Shown here in pieces: positions 17,024 to 27,309 of a stretch of DNA of 64,000 nt; position 1 is the stretch's first letter; every line of letters begins with the position of its first letter. A program made the position numbers and the translations under genes. The notes under the pieces are model-generated. The model ran no database searches and was not told the origin of the DNA. It was given only the letters and a program-made list of their open reading frames with translations. Source of the stretch: Eubacteriales bacterium. GTDB taxonomy: Bacteria; Bacillota; Clostridia; Oscillospirales; CAG-272. The stretch lies in contig JBJDZI010000116.1 in the NCBI GenBank assembly GCA_051867925.1, forward strand, positions 6,844 through 70,843, written 5' to 3'.

Positions 17024-17111
17024 ATTTGTTTAGCATAATCCGGAGAGTCTGAGCAATCAGAGCTATACTCCACCCGGAACGACAAACACTCCCCAACACT
17101 CCCGTCCCACC

Positions 17112-17156
17112 AAAAAACAGGTGCTATCGCAAGTTGCGACAGCACCTGTTTGGTTT
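17112..17156. terminator. bidirectional terminator (serves the pgsA-like gene on the minus strand)
   Basis: AAAAAACAGGTGCT..TCGCAAGTTGCGA..AGCACCTGTTTGGTTTT. The stem is long and flanked by A and T tracts. Confidence 0.75.
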
Positions 17157-17165
17157 TGACAGGAT

Positions 17166-17771
17166 TTATTCACCGGAAGACTCCGACGGCACGGGAGGTT
17201 TCATCAAAATGGTCTTTCGCCCGGGCGTGTAGCACTTGGAAGACAGATGCATAGCCAACTCCTCGACCACGGCGATGAAAGCCACCGCTCCAACGCCTAC
17301 GCAGTATGCGCCTCCGATGGGCGTGGGAAGAAAATAGGGGACAGCGAACATGGAAGCACCGGTCACTTTATTCATATAGGTATGCAGAGAAGCAAACCGT
17401 TTGTAGCGGATCGCCGCTACCAGATAGCCCACCAAGCGGAGCGTGACCAGCACCACGACGTGATACCAGAGCCACGAAGGGAACACTTCCCGAAGTTTCG
17501 GCAGTAGCCGCACCAACATGGCGGTGTAAAAAACCAGATCGGCGATACTATCCAGACGCGCACCGAATTCACTGCTGGATCCGGTGGCTCTTGCCACCAT
17601 TCCGTCAAAGGCATCGCTGATGCCGCAAAGCGTGTAAATTATGTAAAACGGCATTGCCAACGGTTTGACAAAAAATAATGCCGCCGCACCGATCAGTCGG
17701 ACTGCCGTAATGCAATTAGGGAGATTCAGAATTTTCTTCATCATAGTTGTTTTAACCATCCGTTTTCGCAT
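17166..17771 (-). CDS. pgsA: CDP-alcohol phosphatidyltransferase (PgsA-like)
   Basis: Motif DAFDGMVARATGSSSEFGARLDSIADLV fits D-x2-DG-x2-AR...G-x3-D-x3-D. The start codon is uncertain because several in-frame Met lie within the first 11 codons. Confidence 0.8.
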   Translation of the reverse strand: MRKRMVKTTMMKKILNLPNCITAVRLIGAAALFFVKPLAMPFYIIYTLCGISDAFDGMVARATGSSSEFGARLDSIADLVFYTAMLVRLLPKLREVFPSWLWYHVVVLVTLRLVGYLVAAIRYKRFASLHTYMNKVTGASMFAVPYFLPTPIGGAYCVGVGAVAFIAVVEELAMHLSSKCYTPGRKTILMKPPVPSESSGE

Positions 17772-17972
17772 ATGCGCATCGCCAGGTCACCCGGTCATAA
17801 ATGCATCCACTATAATTATACTCCTTTTTTCCCGCTTAGTCAACACATTTTTGCGCGATTTGGCGAAAAATTTCAAATTTCACAAGCATTTGTTCCGCTC
17901 CATGATTTGCCGCGGATAAGTGCGGGTTTCTATGCCCACACTACCGATAAATCAAGGGAAACGAGGGGTTCT

Positions 17973-19100
17973 ATGTTCAAATTTGTAAGAAAAAAACTGC
18001 TGACGCTGTTGCTGATTGCAGGAGCATTCTCCTGCGTTTGGCTGACCGCGCAGAGATTGCAAAATGCCATACAGACAGGCAATGATAAAATCGCTTCGGC
18101 GGGAGCCGCCGCCGTGGCTGCAATCGAAAAAGCGGAGCGTGTCGGGAGCGAACTGATCGAGACGGTCACTGCCACGCAGGTCAACTTCCTCATCACAGGC
18201 ATCGACGACGCATGGGGCGGCAGCGACGTGATCATGCTGGCTTCGCTGGACACCGCAGAAGGAAGCGTGCGGATCGTGCAGATCCCGCGGGACACCTATA
18301 TCAATCGGTCGGGTAGCGGTCAGCACAAACTCAATTCGGTCTTCGCCACCGCCGCTGCAAAGGCAAAAAAGGACGGACAGTCCACCCAAGAGGCGACCCA
18401 TACCGCCAGCCGCGCGTTGGTTTCTTTTTTGGAAGCCAACATGGGCGTGGAAATTGATCACTATGTGACGGTGAACACCGAAGGGCTTCGTGCCATCGTA
18501 GATGCCGTAGGCGGGGTGACGGTCAATATCCCCATGGATATTGATTACGACGATCAAAGCCAGAATCTGCACATCCATCTGAAGGCGGGAGAGCAGGTGC
18601 TAAGCGGAGCGGCGGCGGAGCAGTTCGTGCGCTTTCGGAGTGGCTATCTGACCGCCGATTACGGTCGGATGGATGCGCAAAAGCTCTTCCTCTCCGCGTT
18701 CTTTCGCAAGATCAAGAACGAGTTTTCCCTCTCCACCGCCGCAAATCTTGCCGCTTCTTGCTTTCGCCACATTCAAAGCGATCTGGGACTTGCCGATCTG
18801 ATCCCCTTAATTCGCGGCGCAATGCAGGTATCAGAGGAAAACGTGAAAATGATCACCCTGAAAGGGCAGTCCGCCAAAGATGAGAACGGCGTTCTGTGCG
18901 AGGTGCTGTCCCGTGAATATGCCATTGATCTGCTCACCGACTATCTCCTGCCCCGCGGCGCGCAGTCGTCGGATCTGAAATTTGATCCGAGCGGTGTCTT
19001 CACCGCCCCCGGAGCCATCGACGAGATCTATCGCGGCAGTAGCCCTTTTGGTAAAAAGGGAGTCACAGTCAGTGACAGTGACTCCATAAAGATCCGCTGA
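17973..19100 (+). CDS. LytR-CpsA-Psr (LCP) family cell-wall polymer transferase
   Basis: N-terminal TM anchor. LCP core NFLITGIDDAWGGSDVIMLASLD...IVQIPRDTY...HKLNSVF. ATG 17973 has a GAGGGG RBS. Confidence 0.85.
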   Translation: MFKFVRKKLLTLLLIAGAFSCVWLTAQRLQNAIQTGNDKIASAGAAAVAAIEKAERVGSELIETVTATQVNFLITGIDDAWGGSDVIMLASLDTAEGSVRIVQIPRDTYINRSGSGQHKLNSVFATAAAKAKKDGQSTQEATHTASRALVSFLEANMGVEIDHYVTVNTEGLRAIVDAVGGVTVNIPMDIDYDDQSQNLHIHLKAGEQVLSGAAAEQFVRFRSGYLTADYGRMDAQKLFLSAFFRKIKNEFSLSTAANLAASCFRHIQSDLGLADLIPLIRGAMQVSEENVKMITLKGQSAKDENGVLCEVLSREYAIDLLTDYLLPRGAQSSDLKFDPSGVFTAPGAIDEIYRGSSPFGKKGVTVSDSDSIKIR

Positions 19101-19185
19101 ATCGGCTTTTTTCGGGATCCACCCTTGCAAATGGGCGAAAAATGTGCTACAATAGAGCATATTCCATCTACTAAACGAGGATCCC

Positions 19186-19623
19186 ATGAAAAAAGTTGAA
19201 ATTTACACCGACGGTGCCTGCCGTGGCAATCCCGGTCCCGGAGGCTGGGGCGCAATTTTGGTCTATAAGCAAAAGGAAAAGGTAATGTCGGGCGGTGAAG
19301 CCGCCACCACCAACAACCGCATGGAACTGATGGGCGCCATCGCCGCTTTCGAAGCCTTGAAAGAACCCTGCGTGGTGACCTTCACCTCCGACTCCAAATA
19401 CGTCATCGACGGACTGGAGAAGGGCTGGGCGGAAAACTGGAAAAAGCGGGGCTGGAAAAAATCCGACGGCTCCCCTGCCCTCAATCCCCAACTTTGGGAA
19501 CGCCTGCTGAACGCCACCGCTCCCCACGAGATCGCATTCCGTTGGGTGAAAGGACACGCAGGTCATCCCTACAACGAGCGGTGCGACGCATTGGCAACCG
19601 CCGAAGCGGACAAGTTAAAGTAA
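19186..19623 (+). CDS. rnhA: ribonuclease HI
   Basis: [28 protein letters not shown] and [15 protein letters not shown] motifs. Confidence 0.92.
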   Translation: MKKVEIYTDGACRGNPGPGGWGAILVYKQKEKVMSGGEAATTNNRMELMGAIAAFEALKEPCVVTFTSDSKYVIDGLEKGWAENWKKRGWKKSDGSPALNPQLWERLLNATAPHEIAFRWVKGHAGHPYNERCDALATAEADKLK

Positions 19624-19805
19624 CGCATTGTCGTCAAGCGGCACATCCTGCGCAGATTTGCGCTCATTCCGGCAGACTTGCACTTCGCGCACCGTTCCAA
19701 ACGATTCGGGCATCATTTCCATGGGCTTTGCGGGCAATCTCTGCCCGTGACGTACATAGAGGCATATAATTCCGCCTCTTCCCATAGAATGATTGGAGCG
19801 ATCTT

Positions 19806-20558
19806 GTGAGCCGCAAAGTCCCCATCCACCCTGCGCTATTGTCCGCGCACACCCCTCAAGACGCCGCCCGTTTGCTGATGCGAGCCAAGGGCGGCGCTTT
19901 CGTCGCAACGCTGAATTTCGAACTATTGGCGCGAGGTGCCGCCGATCCGTCTTATGCCGCCCTGCTCTCTTTTGCCGATTATCGCGTGTGCGACGGCATC
20001 GGCGGAGCGATCCTGCTTCGCCGAAAACATCCCGACAGATCCGTCCCCCGCATTCCCGGAATCGATCTGGGATACGCTCTGCTGGAACTTGCCGCAAAGC
20101 AAGGGACACCCGTTTTTCTCTTGGGCGGGCGCCCCGGTGTGGCAAAACGGGCGGCAAATCGGCTGAGGGCGACACTCCCCGCCCTGCGGGTGGCGGGGGT
20201 CGCCCACGGTTTTTTTCAAAGAGAAGATCTCCCCGCTCTGCGGGGCATGATCCGCAGAGCGGGTGCCAAGATCGTCATCGTTTGCCTTGGCAGCCCCCGA
20301 CAGGAGGAATGGATCGCCGCCAACCGTCGCTATCTGCCGTCGGTGGATCTGTTTTTGCCGCTGGGCGGTAGTCTGGATGTCTGGGCAGGCGAGGTCGCCC
20401 GCGCGCCCCGTCTTTGGCGGCAAGCGGGAGCAGAATGGCTGTGGCGCATCCTCCATGCGCCGGAGCGTTTTCTGCGGCTGTTGTCGGCAGGGGGCGCGCT
20501 TCTGCGCTCTTCTCGGGCAAATATGTTTCCAAATACCCACAATATTGTTTCAAATTGA
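19806..20558 (+). CDS. tagA: WecB/TagA/CpsF-family glycosyltransferase
   Basis: GTG start with a GGAG RBS. Motifs FVATLNFELL, CDGIGG, LLGGRPGVA, VCLGSPRQEEW and GGSLDVWAG. Confidence 0.85.
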   Translation: MSRKVPIHPALLSAHTPQDAARLLMRAKGGAFVATLNFELLARGAADPSYAALLSFADYRVCDGIGGAILLRRKHPDRSVPRIPGIDLGYALLELAAKQGTPVFLLGGRPGVAKRAANRLRATLPALRVAGVAHGFFQREDLPALRGMIRRAGAKIVIVCLGSPRQEEWIAANRRYLPSVDLFLPLGGSLDVWAGEVARAPRLWRQAGAEWLWRILHAPERFLRLLSAGGALLRSSRANMFPNTHNIVSN

Positions 20559-20663
20559 ATAATAGTCTGTAAACTATTTGGGATTCGCTTGACAAAAAGC
20601 AGTTTTTGCGTTACAATAAACTGAATATATCTACTTTGAATTTCCGTATAGGAGATAAATCAT

Positions 20664-23309
20664 ATGAGAGCATCCAAACAACCAACCGGAACCAAAGTGA
20701 AGAAGACCAAAGGCAAACGGGTCTCCCTTCGCTGTCCTCTCTCCATTGAGCGGACCGATCTGGAATATAACTATGACGCCTCTGCCCTGCAGGTCTGCAT
20801 GACCGTGGAAAACATGGGTGGCGGCGGGCTTGCCAGCGACACCGTGGAATCTGCGGTGATCGTGGTGCGTCTCTTTGACGCAGACTGCAAACTCCATCCC
20901 TGCCGTGGCAACGAATATTTCGCCAAACTGTTGCGATTCGGCGAAAACGGTCTGGAAAGCGGCGCACGGATCACCTTCCGCCTGCTTCCCGATTGCGACG
21001 GCGGTACCCGCGTCGAGGACGTGGAAATTTACATCAGCCGCATCCGTTATACCGACGGCACCGTCACCGACTATGTGCGGGGCGACTTTTTCGACCTGCC
21101 CGGTGAGGGCGTTCCGCTGGTCAAAAAATTCAAAAAAGACCCCGACACCGCCATCGAAGCACTGGGCGAGGGCGCGCTCTATGTTCCCGAAAAACTCACC
21201 GAGATCGTTTGGCGCTGTACCTGCGGTGAATTTTCCGAATCGGACACCTGTCCCACCTGTAACCGCAACAAAAGCGAACTGTTTGCCGCGCTGGATGCAT
21301 TGACTGCACCCAAGATCAAAAAAGCCCCCGCGACTCCAGTCTCCCCCTCCCCTGTTCCGACTGCCGATTCCGCCGACGGCGGCGCGTCTTCGCTCCCCGC
21401 AGACGGCGATCAGACCGCCGAATACTCCACCGCCGCCGCCAAAGCCGCGCTGGCAGCTATGAAAGCGGAAAATGAAGGATCGACAGACAACGCAGACCTG
21501 CAAAGCGAGGGTGAAGCAGATCAGAACACCCCCGTCGCCCCCCTGCATGCTCCGCAAAAAGGCTCTCCCAACAAGACCCGCAACATCCTGCTGATCGCTA
21601 TCACGGCGGCATCGGTGGTTCTGCTGGTGATCCTCCTTCTGCTGATTTTGACTCTTTGCGGAAAAGGCGACTCCCACGACGGATCTGACGACATCACCAC
21701 GCCCGGCATTACCGATTCCGCCGACCCCGACAATGCCGCCGAAAAGGTGATCCGCACCTATCTTGCACAAAACGATTTCGACAACGCGCTGGGGTACGCC
21801 ATCGCATCCGATTGCGATCAGGAACTGATCGATGAGATCTATCTTGCCGCAATGCAGTATTACCTGAATGCCAATCAGCCGGATAAAGCACTGGAATGGG
21901 CGCAGAAAACCGGCAATCAGACCTACATCGACACCGTCAACCAGCAACGGTTCTACGCGGCACTGAATGCGAAAGACTATCTTACCGCGCTGGAGCTGGC
22001 AAACAATCTCCCCGCTGAAACGCAGGACAGCGCGCGGGCAGAGGCTGCCGAAGGTTACGTTACCTCTCTGGTGGAGCAAGGCAAATTCACCGAAGCAATG
22101 GCAGCCGCCGATCAGTACGGCACGGCTACTACCTCTCAAATGATCGCCGAAAATGCGGTGCAGGCTCTGCTTGATCAGAACCAATACGCCGACGCCATCG
22201 CGCTGGCAGAACAGCTGAATCTGCCTTCTCTGGTGATCACCGCCGCATCCTCTGCCGTTGACTACTACATTTCAAGAAACGATTACGGCAGTGCCGCCGA
22301 TTATGTCGGCCTTACCGGCAATACCTCCAAGATGCAAACTGTCCTCGGCAAGTTGACCGATGCAGAGTTGCGGCGTCATCTGCCCACCTTCTTCTCCCTT
22401 CTATCCTTTGATCAGATGCAGAAGGTCCACTCGGTTTCCCTCGGTTCCAGGCCCTCTGCCGTTGCCGCCATCGACACTGCGGGTAACGTCTATCTGGGTG
22501 GCTCTAAGATCTACGATTCTACCCGTTATACCGTCGTCATCGACCCCGACACCGGCGATCCCGCTGTGGATCCCATCAGCGGAGAGACCGTCTACGAGAC
22601 CAACTTCGTCCCCGCCGTTTCGGTATCCTGCTGTGACACCACCGTCGTGATCCTGCTGGCAGACGGCACCGTCCGCATTGCGGAAGGCACCAATCTCTAC
22701 TACGCACAAGCGGATATCAACAATTGGTCCAATATCGTCGCTATTTCCGCCAGCAACTATCATCTGCTGGGACTGAAGTCGGACGGCACCGTCGTTGCCG
22801 CAGGCAGTAATGTGTACGGTCAGTGCGACACCGCCGCGATTCGGAACGCCGTTGCCATTTCCGCCGGAGACAATCACAGCATGATCCTCCGCGCCGACGG
22901 CACGGTTGCCGCGCTTGGTTACAACATCTCCGGCATCTGTGACACTGACGGCTGGACCGATGTGATCGCCATTTCGGCAGGTTCGCGCCACAGCATCGGT
23001 CTGAAAGCCGACGGCACTGTGGTGGTGAAGGGCTACTGCAATGTCACCGGCTGGAGCGATGTAGTCGCCGTGTTCTCCACGGCTACCAACGCCGTTGCGC
23101 TGAAGTCGGACGGTACGCTCCTCTGTTCCGTCAACAACACCGCCTCCGATCTCCTGTCAGGCGTCAGCGACGCCATCTGGGTATCGGTGGGCAAGCAGGC
23201 AATCACCATCCTGCACAGAAACGGCACGCTGAGTACAGTTCTCCTGTCCGGCAGTACCACCCCCGAACTCCCCGCCTCCTGGAAATCCGGCGCGTTTGGA
23301 ATTGAATAA
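20664..23309 (+). CDS. single-pass membrane protein with cytoplasmic zinc-ribbon domain, helical-repeat region and C-terminal RCC1-like beta-propeller
   Basis: Zinc ribbon WRCTCGEFSESDTCPTCN. P/A/S-rich linker. TM segment ILLIAITAASVVLLVILLLLILTL. Helical repeats follow, then at least 5 repeats of the type AISAG.xHSxxLxxDGTVxAxGxN.xGQC. RBS AGGAG. Confidence 0.7.
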   Translation: MRASKQPTGTKVKKTKGKRVSLRCPLSIERTDLEYNYDASALQVCMTVENMGGGGLASDTVESAVIVVRLFDADCKLHPCRGNEYFAKLLRFGENGLESGARITFRLLPDCDGGTRVEDVEIYISRIRYTDGTVTDYVRGDFFDLPGEGVPLVKKFKKDPDTAIEALGEGALYVPEKLTEIVWRCTCGEFSESDTCPTCNRNKSELFAALDALTAPKIKKAPATPVSPSPVPTADSADGGASSLPADGDQTAEYSTAAAKAALAAMKAENEGSTDNADLQSEGEADQNTPVAPLHAPQKGSPNKTRNILLIAITAASVVLLVILLLLILTLCGKGDSHDGSDDITTPGITDSADPDNAAEKVIRTYLAQNDFDNALGYAIASDCDQELIDEIYLAAMQYYLNANQPDKALEWAQKTGNQTYIDTVNQQRFYAALNAKDYLTALELANNLPAETQDSARAEAAEGYVTSLVEQGKFTEAMAAADQYGTATTSQMIAENAVQALLDQNQYADAIALAEQLNLPSLVITAASSAVDYYISRNDYGSAADYVGLTGNTSKMQTVLGKLTDAELRRHLPTFFSLLSFDQMQKVHSVSLGSRPSAVAAIDTAGNVYLGGSKIYDSTRYTVVIDPDTGDPAVDPISGETVYETNFVPAVSVSCCDTTVVILLADGTVRIAEGTNLYYAQADINNWSNIVAISASNYHLLGLKSDGTVVAAGSNVYGQCDTAAIRNAVAISAGDNHSMILRADGTVAALGYNISGICDTDGWTDVIAISAGSRHSIGLKADGTVVVKGYCNVTGWSDVVAVFSTATNAVALKSDGTLLCSVNNTASDLLSGVSDAIWVSVGKQAITILHRNGTLSTVLLSGSTTPELPASWKSGAFGIE

Positions 23310-23318
23310 ATTTATTGA

Positions 23319-23375
23319 AATTGGGGCGTTGCCCCGGAGCCGGGCGTAGTCCTGCTCCGGGGCAACGCCCCAATT
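23319..23375. terminator. very long perfect hairpin between convergent genes
   Basis: 22-bp perfect stem AATTGGGGCGTTGCCCCGGAGC / GCTCCGGGGCAACGCCCCAATT with a 13-nt loop. It lies between the RCC1-like gene and glnN. Confidence 0.7.
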
Positions 23376-23388
23376 CAAATTAATTCAT

Positions 23389-25446
23389 TCAATAATACAG
23401 CATATCGCCGTAGGTGGGCATGGGCCAGTATTCGCGTCCAACCAGCATTTCCAAGCGATCGGCGGGCGCGCGGACGGCGTTCATGGCGGGACGGATCACG
23501 TCGCGGGTGTAGAATGCCTTTTCTTCGGCAGTTCGGAGCGATTTCAGTCCGACCAACGCCTCCTCCAGTGCCTTGGTGGCGGCGTAGAGCGTATCGGTGA
23601 GACCGTTCACCTCTGCGCCGATCTCTGCCGCACAGCCACAATCGGCAACCGACAGATCGGTAGAATAACTAAAGCAAGCAGGGAGAATATCGCGGATCAC
23701 CATCTCACACATGGTCTGTGCCTCGATTTTGATCTGATTCACATAATTGTCGAACATCACCGTCTTGCGGCAACGCAGTTCATCGGGCGTCAGCACTCCG
23801 TGATCGGCGAACAGCTTCACGTATTCGGGTTTGTCGTAGACAGAGATGGCTTCGGGCGTGGTCGCGTGATTGGGCAGACCGCGGCGCGCCGCTTCCTCCT
23901 GCCATTCCTTGGAATAGCCGTTGCCGTTAAAAATGATGTGATCTTTCTCGGCTCTGAATACCTCGCGGACCAGACGGCGGGCGGCAGTTTCGAAATCGGC
24001 TTTTTTCTCCAACCGATCGGAAAACTTCTTCAGCGTCTCTGCCATGATGGTGTTCAGCACCATATTCGGCTCGGAAATGGACTGGGATGCGCCCGACATA
24101 CGGAATTCGAACTTGTTTCCGGTAAAGGCAAAGGGAGAGGTGCGGTTGCGGTCGGTGGTGTCCTTTTTCAGCATGGGAATCGCCGCAACGCCTACGCTCA
24201 TGGTAGTCTTCACGGGAGAGACGTACTTCTTGCCGTCCGCAATGGCGTTCACTACGGCGGTCAGTTCGTCGCCCAGATAGACCGACAGGATGGCAGGCGG
24301 TGCTTCCAGCGCGCCCAGACGGTGATCGTTGCCCGCGGTGGCGATGGAGACCCGAAGCAGTTCGCTGTAATCGGAAACCGATTGGATGGCGGCGGCAAGG
24401 AACAGCAAAAACTGGGTGTTGTGATAGGGATCGGAGGTGGGATTCAGCAGATTCTCACCCTGATCGGTAGCCATGGACCAGTTGTTGTGCTTCCCCGAAC
24501 CGTTGATGCCCGCAAAAGGCTTCTCGTGAAAGAGGCAGGCAAATCCGTGCCGCTGAGCGGTGGTCTTCATCACATCCAGCGCCAGACGGTTGGTATCGTT
24601 GGAGAGATTGGTGGTGTCAAAGATGGGAGCCAGTTCGTGCTGACAGGGTGCCGCTTCGTTGTGTTCGGTGGTGGCATTGATCCCCAGTTTCCAAAGCTCA
24701 ATGTTGCAATCCTCCATGAATTCCTTCACCTGCGGCTTGATGGCGGCGAAATACTGATCGTCCAACTCCTGCCCCTTGGAGGGTTTGGCGCCGAAGAGCG
24801 TTCTGCCGGTATACCGGAGATCTTTTCGCTTCATGTACAGTTCGTAGGGGATGAGGAAATATTCCTGCTCGGGTCCTGCGGTGGTGCGAACGTAGCGGAC
24901 GTCAGTCTTGCCGCAGAGATGGAGAAGGCGAACTGCCTCTTTGGACAGTGCTTCTACCGAACGGAGAAGGGGAATCTTCTTGTCCATCGCTTCGCCGGTA
25001 TAAGAGACGAAACAGGCGGGAATGTAGAGACATTTGTCCTTGACGAATGCGTAGGAAGTGGGATCCCACACGCTGTACCCCCGGGCGTTGCAGGTGCCGC
25101 GGAGTCCGCCGGAGGGGAAACTGGAGGCGTCCGGCTCGCTTTGGAGCAGATTTTTGCCGGTGAATGCTTCGATCGCCGCCATTCCGCCCTTGGGAAGCAG
25201 GAAGGAATCGTGCTTTTCGGCAGTGGAAGCGGTCAAGGGCTGGAACCAATGACTGAAGTGGGTACAGCCCATGGAGATTGCCCAGTCCTTCATGGCGGCG
25301 GCAACGGTGTTGATGTAGGCGGGATCCAACGCTTCGGCGTGATGGATGGTGCGCTTCATCGCGGCGTATACATCTGCAGGCAGACGCTCCTTCATCACCT
25401 GATCGCTGAACACAGAAGTGGCAAAAACCTCGGTAATCGTTCCCAT
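23389..25446 (-). CDS. glnN: type III glutamine synthetase
   Basis: About 685 aa, with the typical GSIII N-terminus (MGTITEVFATSVFSDQVMKERLP) and catalytic core (NGSGKHNNWS). ATG 25446 has an AGGAGG RBS. Confidence 0.85.
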   Translation of the reverse strand: MGTITEVFATSVFSDQVMKERLPADVYAAMKRTIHHAEALDPAYINTVAAAMKDWAISMGCTHFSHWFQPLTASTAEKHDSFLLPKGGMAAIEAFTGKNLLQSEPDASSFPSGGLRGTCNARGYSVWDPTSYAFVKDKCLYIPACFVSYTGEAMDKKIPLLRSVEALSKEAVRLLHLCGKTDVRYVRTTAGPEQEYFLIPYELYMKRKDLRYTGRTLFGAKPSKGQELDDQYFAAIKPQVKEFMEDCNIELWKLGINATTEHNEAAPCQHELAPIFDTTNLSNDTNRLALDVMKTTAQRHGFACLFHEKPFAGINGSGKHNNWSMATDQGENLLNPTSDPYHNTQFLLFLAAAIQSVSDYSELLRVSIATAGNDHRLGALEAPPAILSVYLGDELTAVVNAIADGKKYVSPVKTTMSVGVAAIPMLKKDTTDRNRTSPFAFTGNKFEFRMSGASQSISEPNMVLNTIMAETLKKFSDRLEKKADFETAARRLVREVFRAEKDHIIFNGNGYSKEWQEEAARRGLPNHATTPEAISVYDKPEYVKLFADHGVLTPDELRCRKTVMFDNYVNQIKIEAQTMCEMVIRDILPACFSYSTDLSVADCGCAAEIGAEVNGLTDTLYAATKALEEALVGLKSLRTAEEKAFYTRDVIRPAMNAVRAPADRLEMLVGREYWPMPTYGDMLYY

Positions 25447-25556
25447 AGCTGACTCCTCCTTGGCGGTATTTCGCAGAGAATACCGCGTTTTCAATCAAAA
25501 ATCGCAGGTCGAAGGCTACATTTGCCGTCCGAGGCTGCGGAGGTACATTTAGTAGT

Positions 25557-25585
25557 ATTATATACTATCCGTCGGAATTTGTCAA
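25557..25585 (-). promoter_or_regulatory. sigma-70-type promoter of glnN
   Basis: On the minus strand: TTGACA (25585-25580), 17-nt spacer, TATAAT (25562-25557). This leaves a 5' leader of about 105 nt. Confidence 0.5.
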
Positions 25586-25660
25586 TAGCTTCGGGGGAAT
25601 TTCAACGGTAGTTTTCCGCATCCGACCTTTTTCGCGTCCCCCACTACGACTCATCCGCAC

Positions 25661-25691
25661 AAAAAACAGCAAGTACGCGGTGTACTTGCTG
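25661..25691 (-). terminator. rho-independent terminator of gdhA
   Basis: The minus strand reads CAGCAAGTAC-ACCGC-GTACTTGCTG-TTTTTT. Confidence 0.85.
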
Positions 25692-25711
25692 TTTGAGTCT
25701 GTAAAGTTCGC

Positions 25712-27067
<1,356 letters not shown>

Positions 27068-27093
27068 TTACCTCCTGTAACAAGAATGGTTCT

Positions 27094-27122
27094 ATTATAC
27101 ACTTTTTTCATTGCAATTGCAA
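27094..27122 (-). promoter_or_regulatory. sigma-70-type promoter of gdhA
   Basis: On the minus strand: TTGCAA (27122-27117), 17-nt spacer, TATAAT (27099-27094). Confidence 0.45.
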
Positions 27123-27251
27123 TATCTTGCGGAAAAATTTTTTCGCTTTTTTTGAAAAAAAGTGGGGAATTTCCTTTTCGCTTTCGAAAAAGAAGAAAAT
27201 TTCCAAAATGAGTGACAAAAATCGGTAAAATTTGAAACAAATCAACCACAG

Positions 27252-27280
27252 TTGACATTTCACCCGGATAGTGCTATAAT
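27252..27280 (+). promoter_or_regulatory. sigma-70-type promoter of the 27310 gene
   Basis: TTGACA (27252-27257), 17-nt spacer, TATAAT (27275-27280). Confidence 0.5.
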
Positions 27281-27309
27281 AAAGAAAAAGACAAATGAAG
27301 GAGTATGTC

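Noticed and set aside
19615-20595. Multiple overlapping ORFs in all frames around the tagA-like gene (19615..20175 -, 19793..20371 +, 19923..20540 -, 20275..20595 -)
   Set aside because: Only the 19806..20558 frame carries the WecB/TagA motifs. The others are Arg/Pro/Gly-rich out-of-frame artefacts of very GC-rich DNA.
20631-22184. A 517-aa minus-strand ORF, and similar long antisense ORFs at 924..2033, 12206..13168, 13574..14953, 15254..16189, 25901..26917, 33689..35065, 45815..46675 and 56624..57994
   Set aside because: All lie antisense to well-supported genes. They lack SD sequences and show low-complexity Gly/Arg/His/Asp-rich composition.
23800-25452. A 550-aa plus-strand ORF antisense to glnN
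   Set aside because: Same reasoning. The glutamine synthetase III reading frame is clearly the real one.
25447-25556. A glutamine riboswitch or T-box in the glnN leader
   Set aside because: I could find no glnA-RNA consensus elements, no T-box sequence (GGTGGNACCGCG) and no specifier architecture. I kept it only as a generic attenuator candidate.
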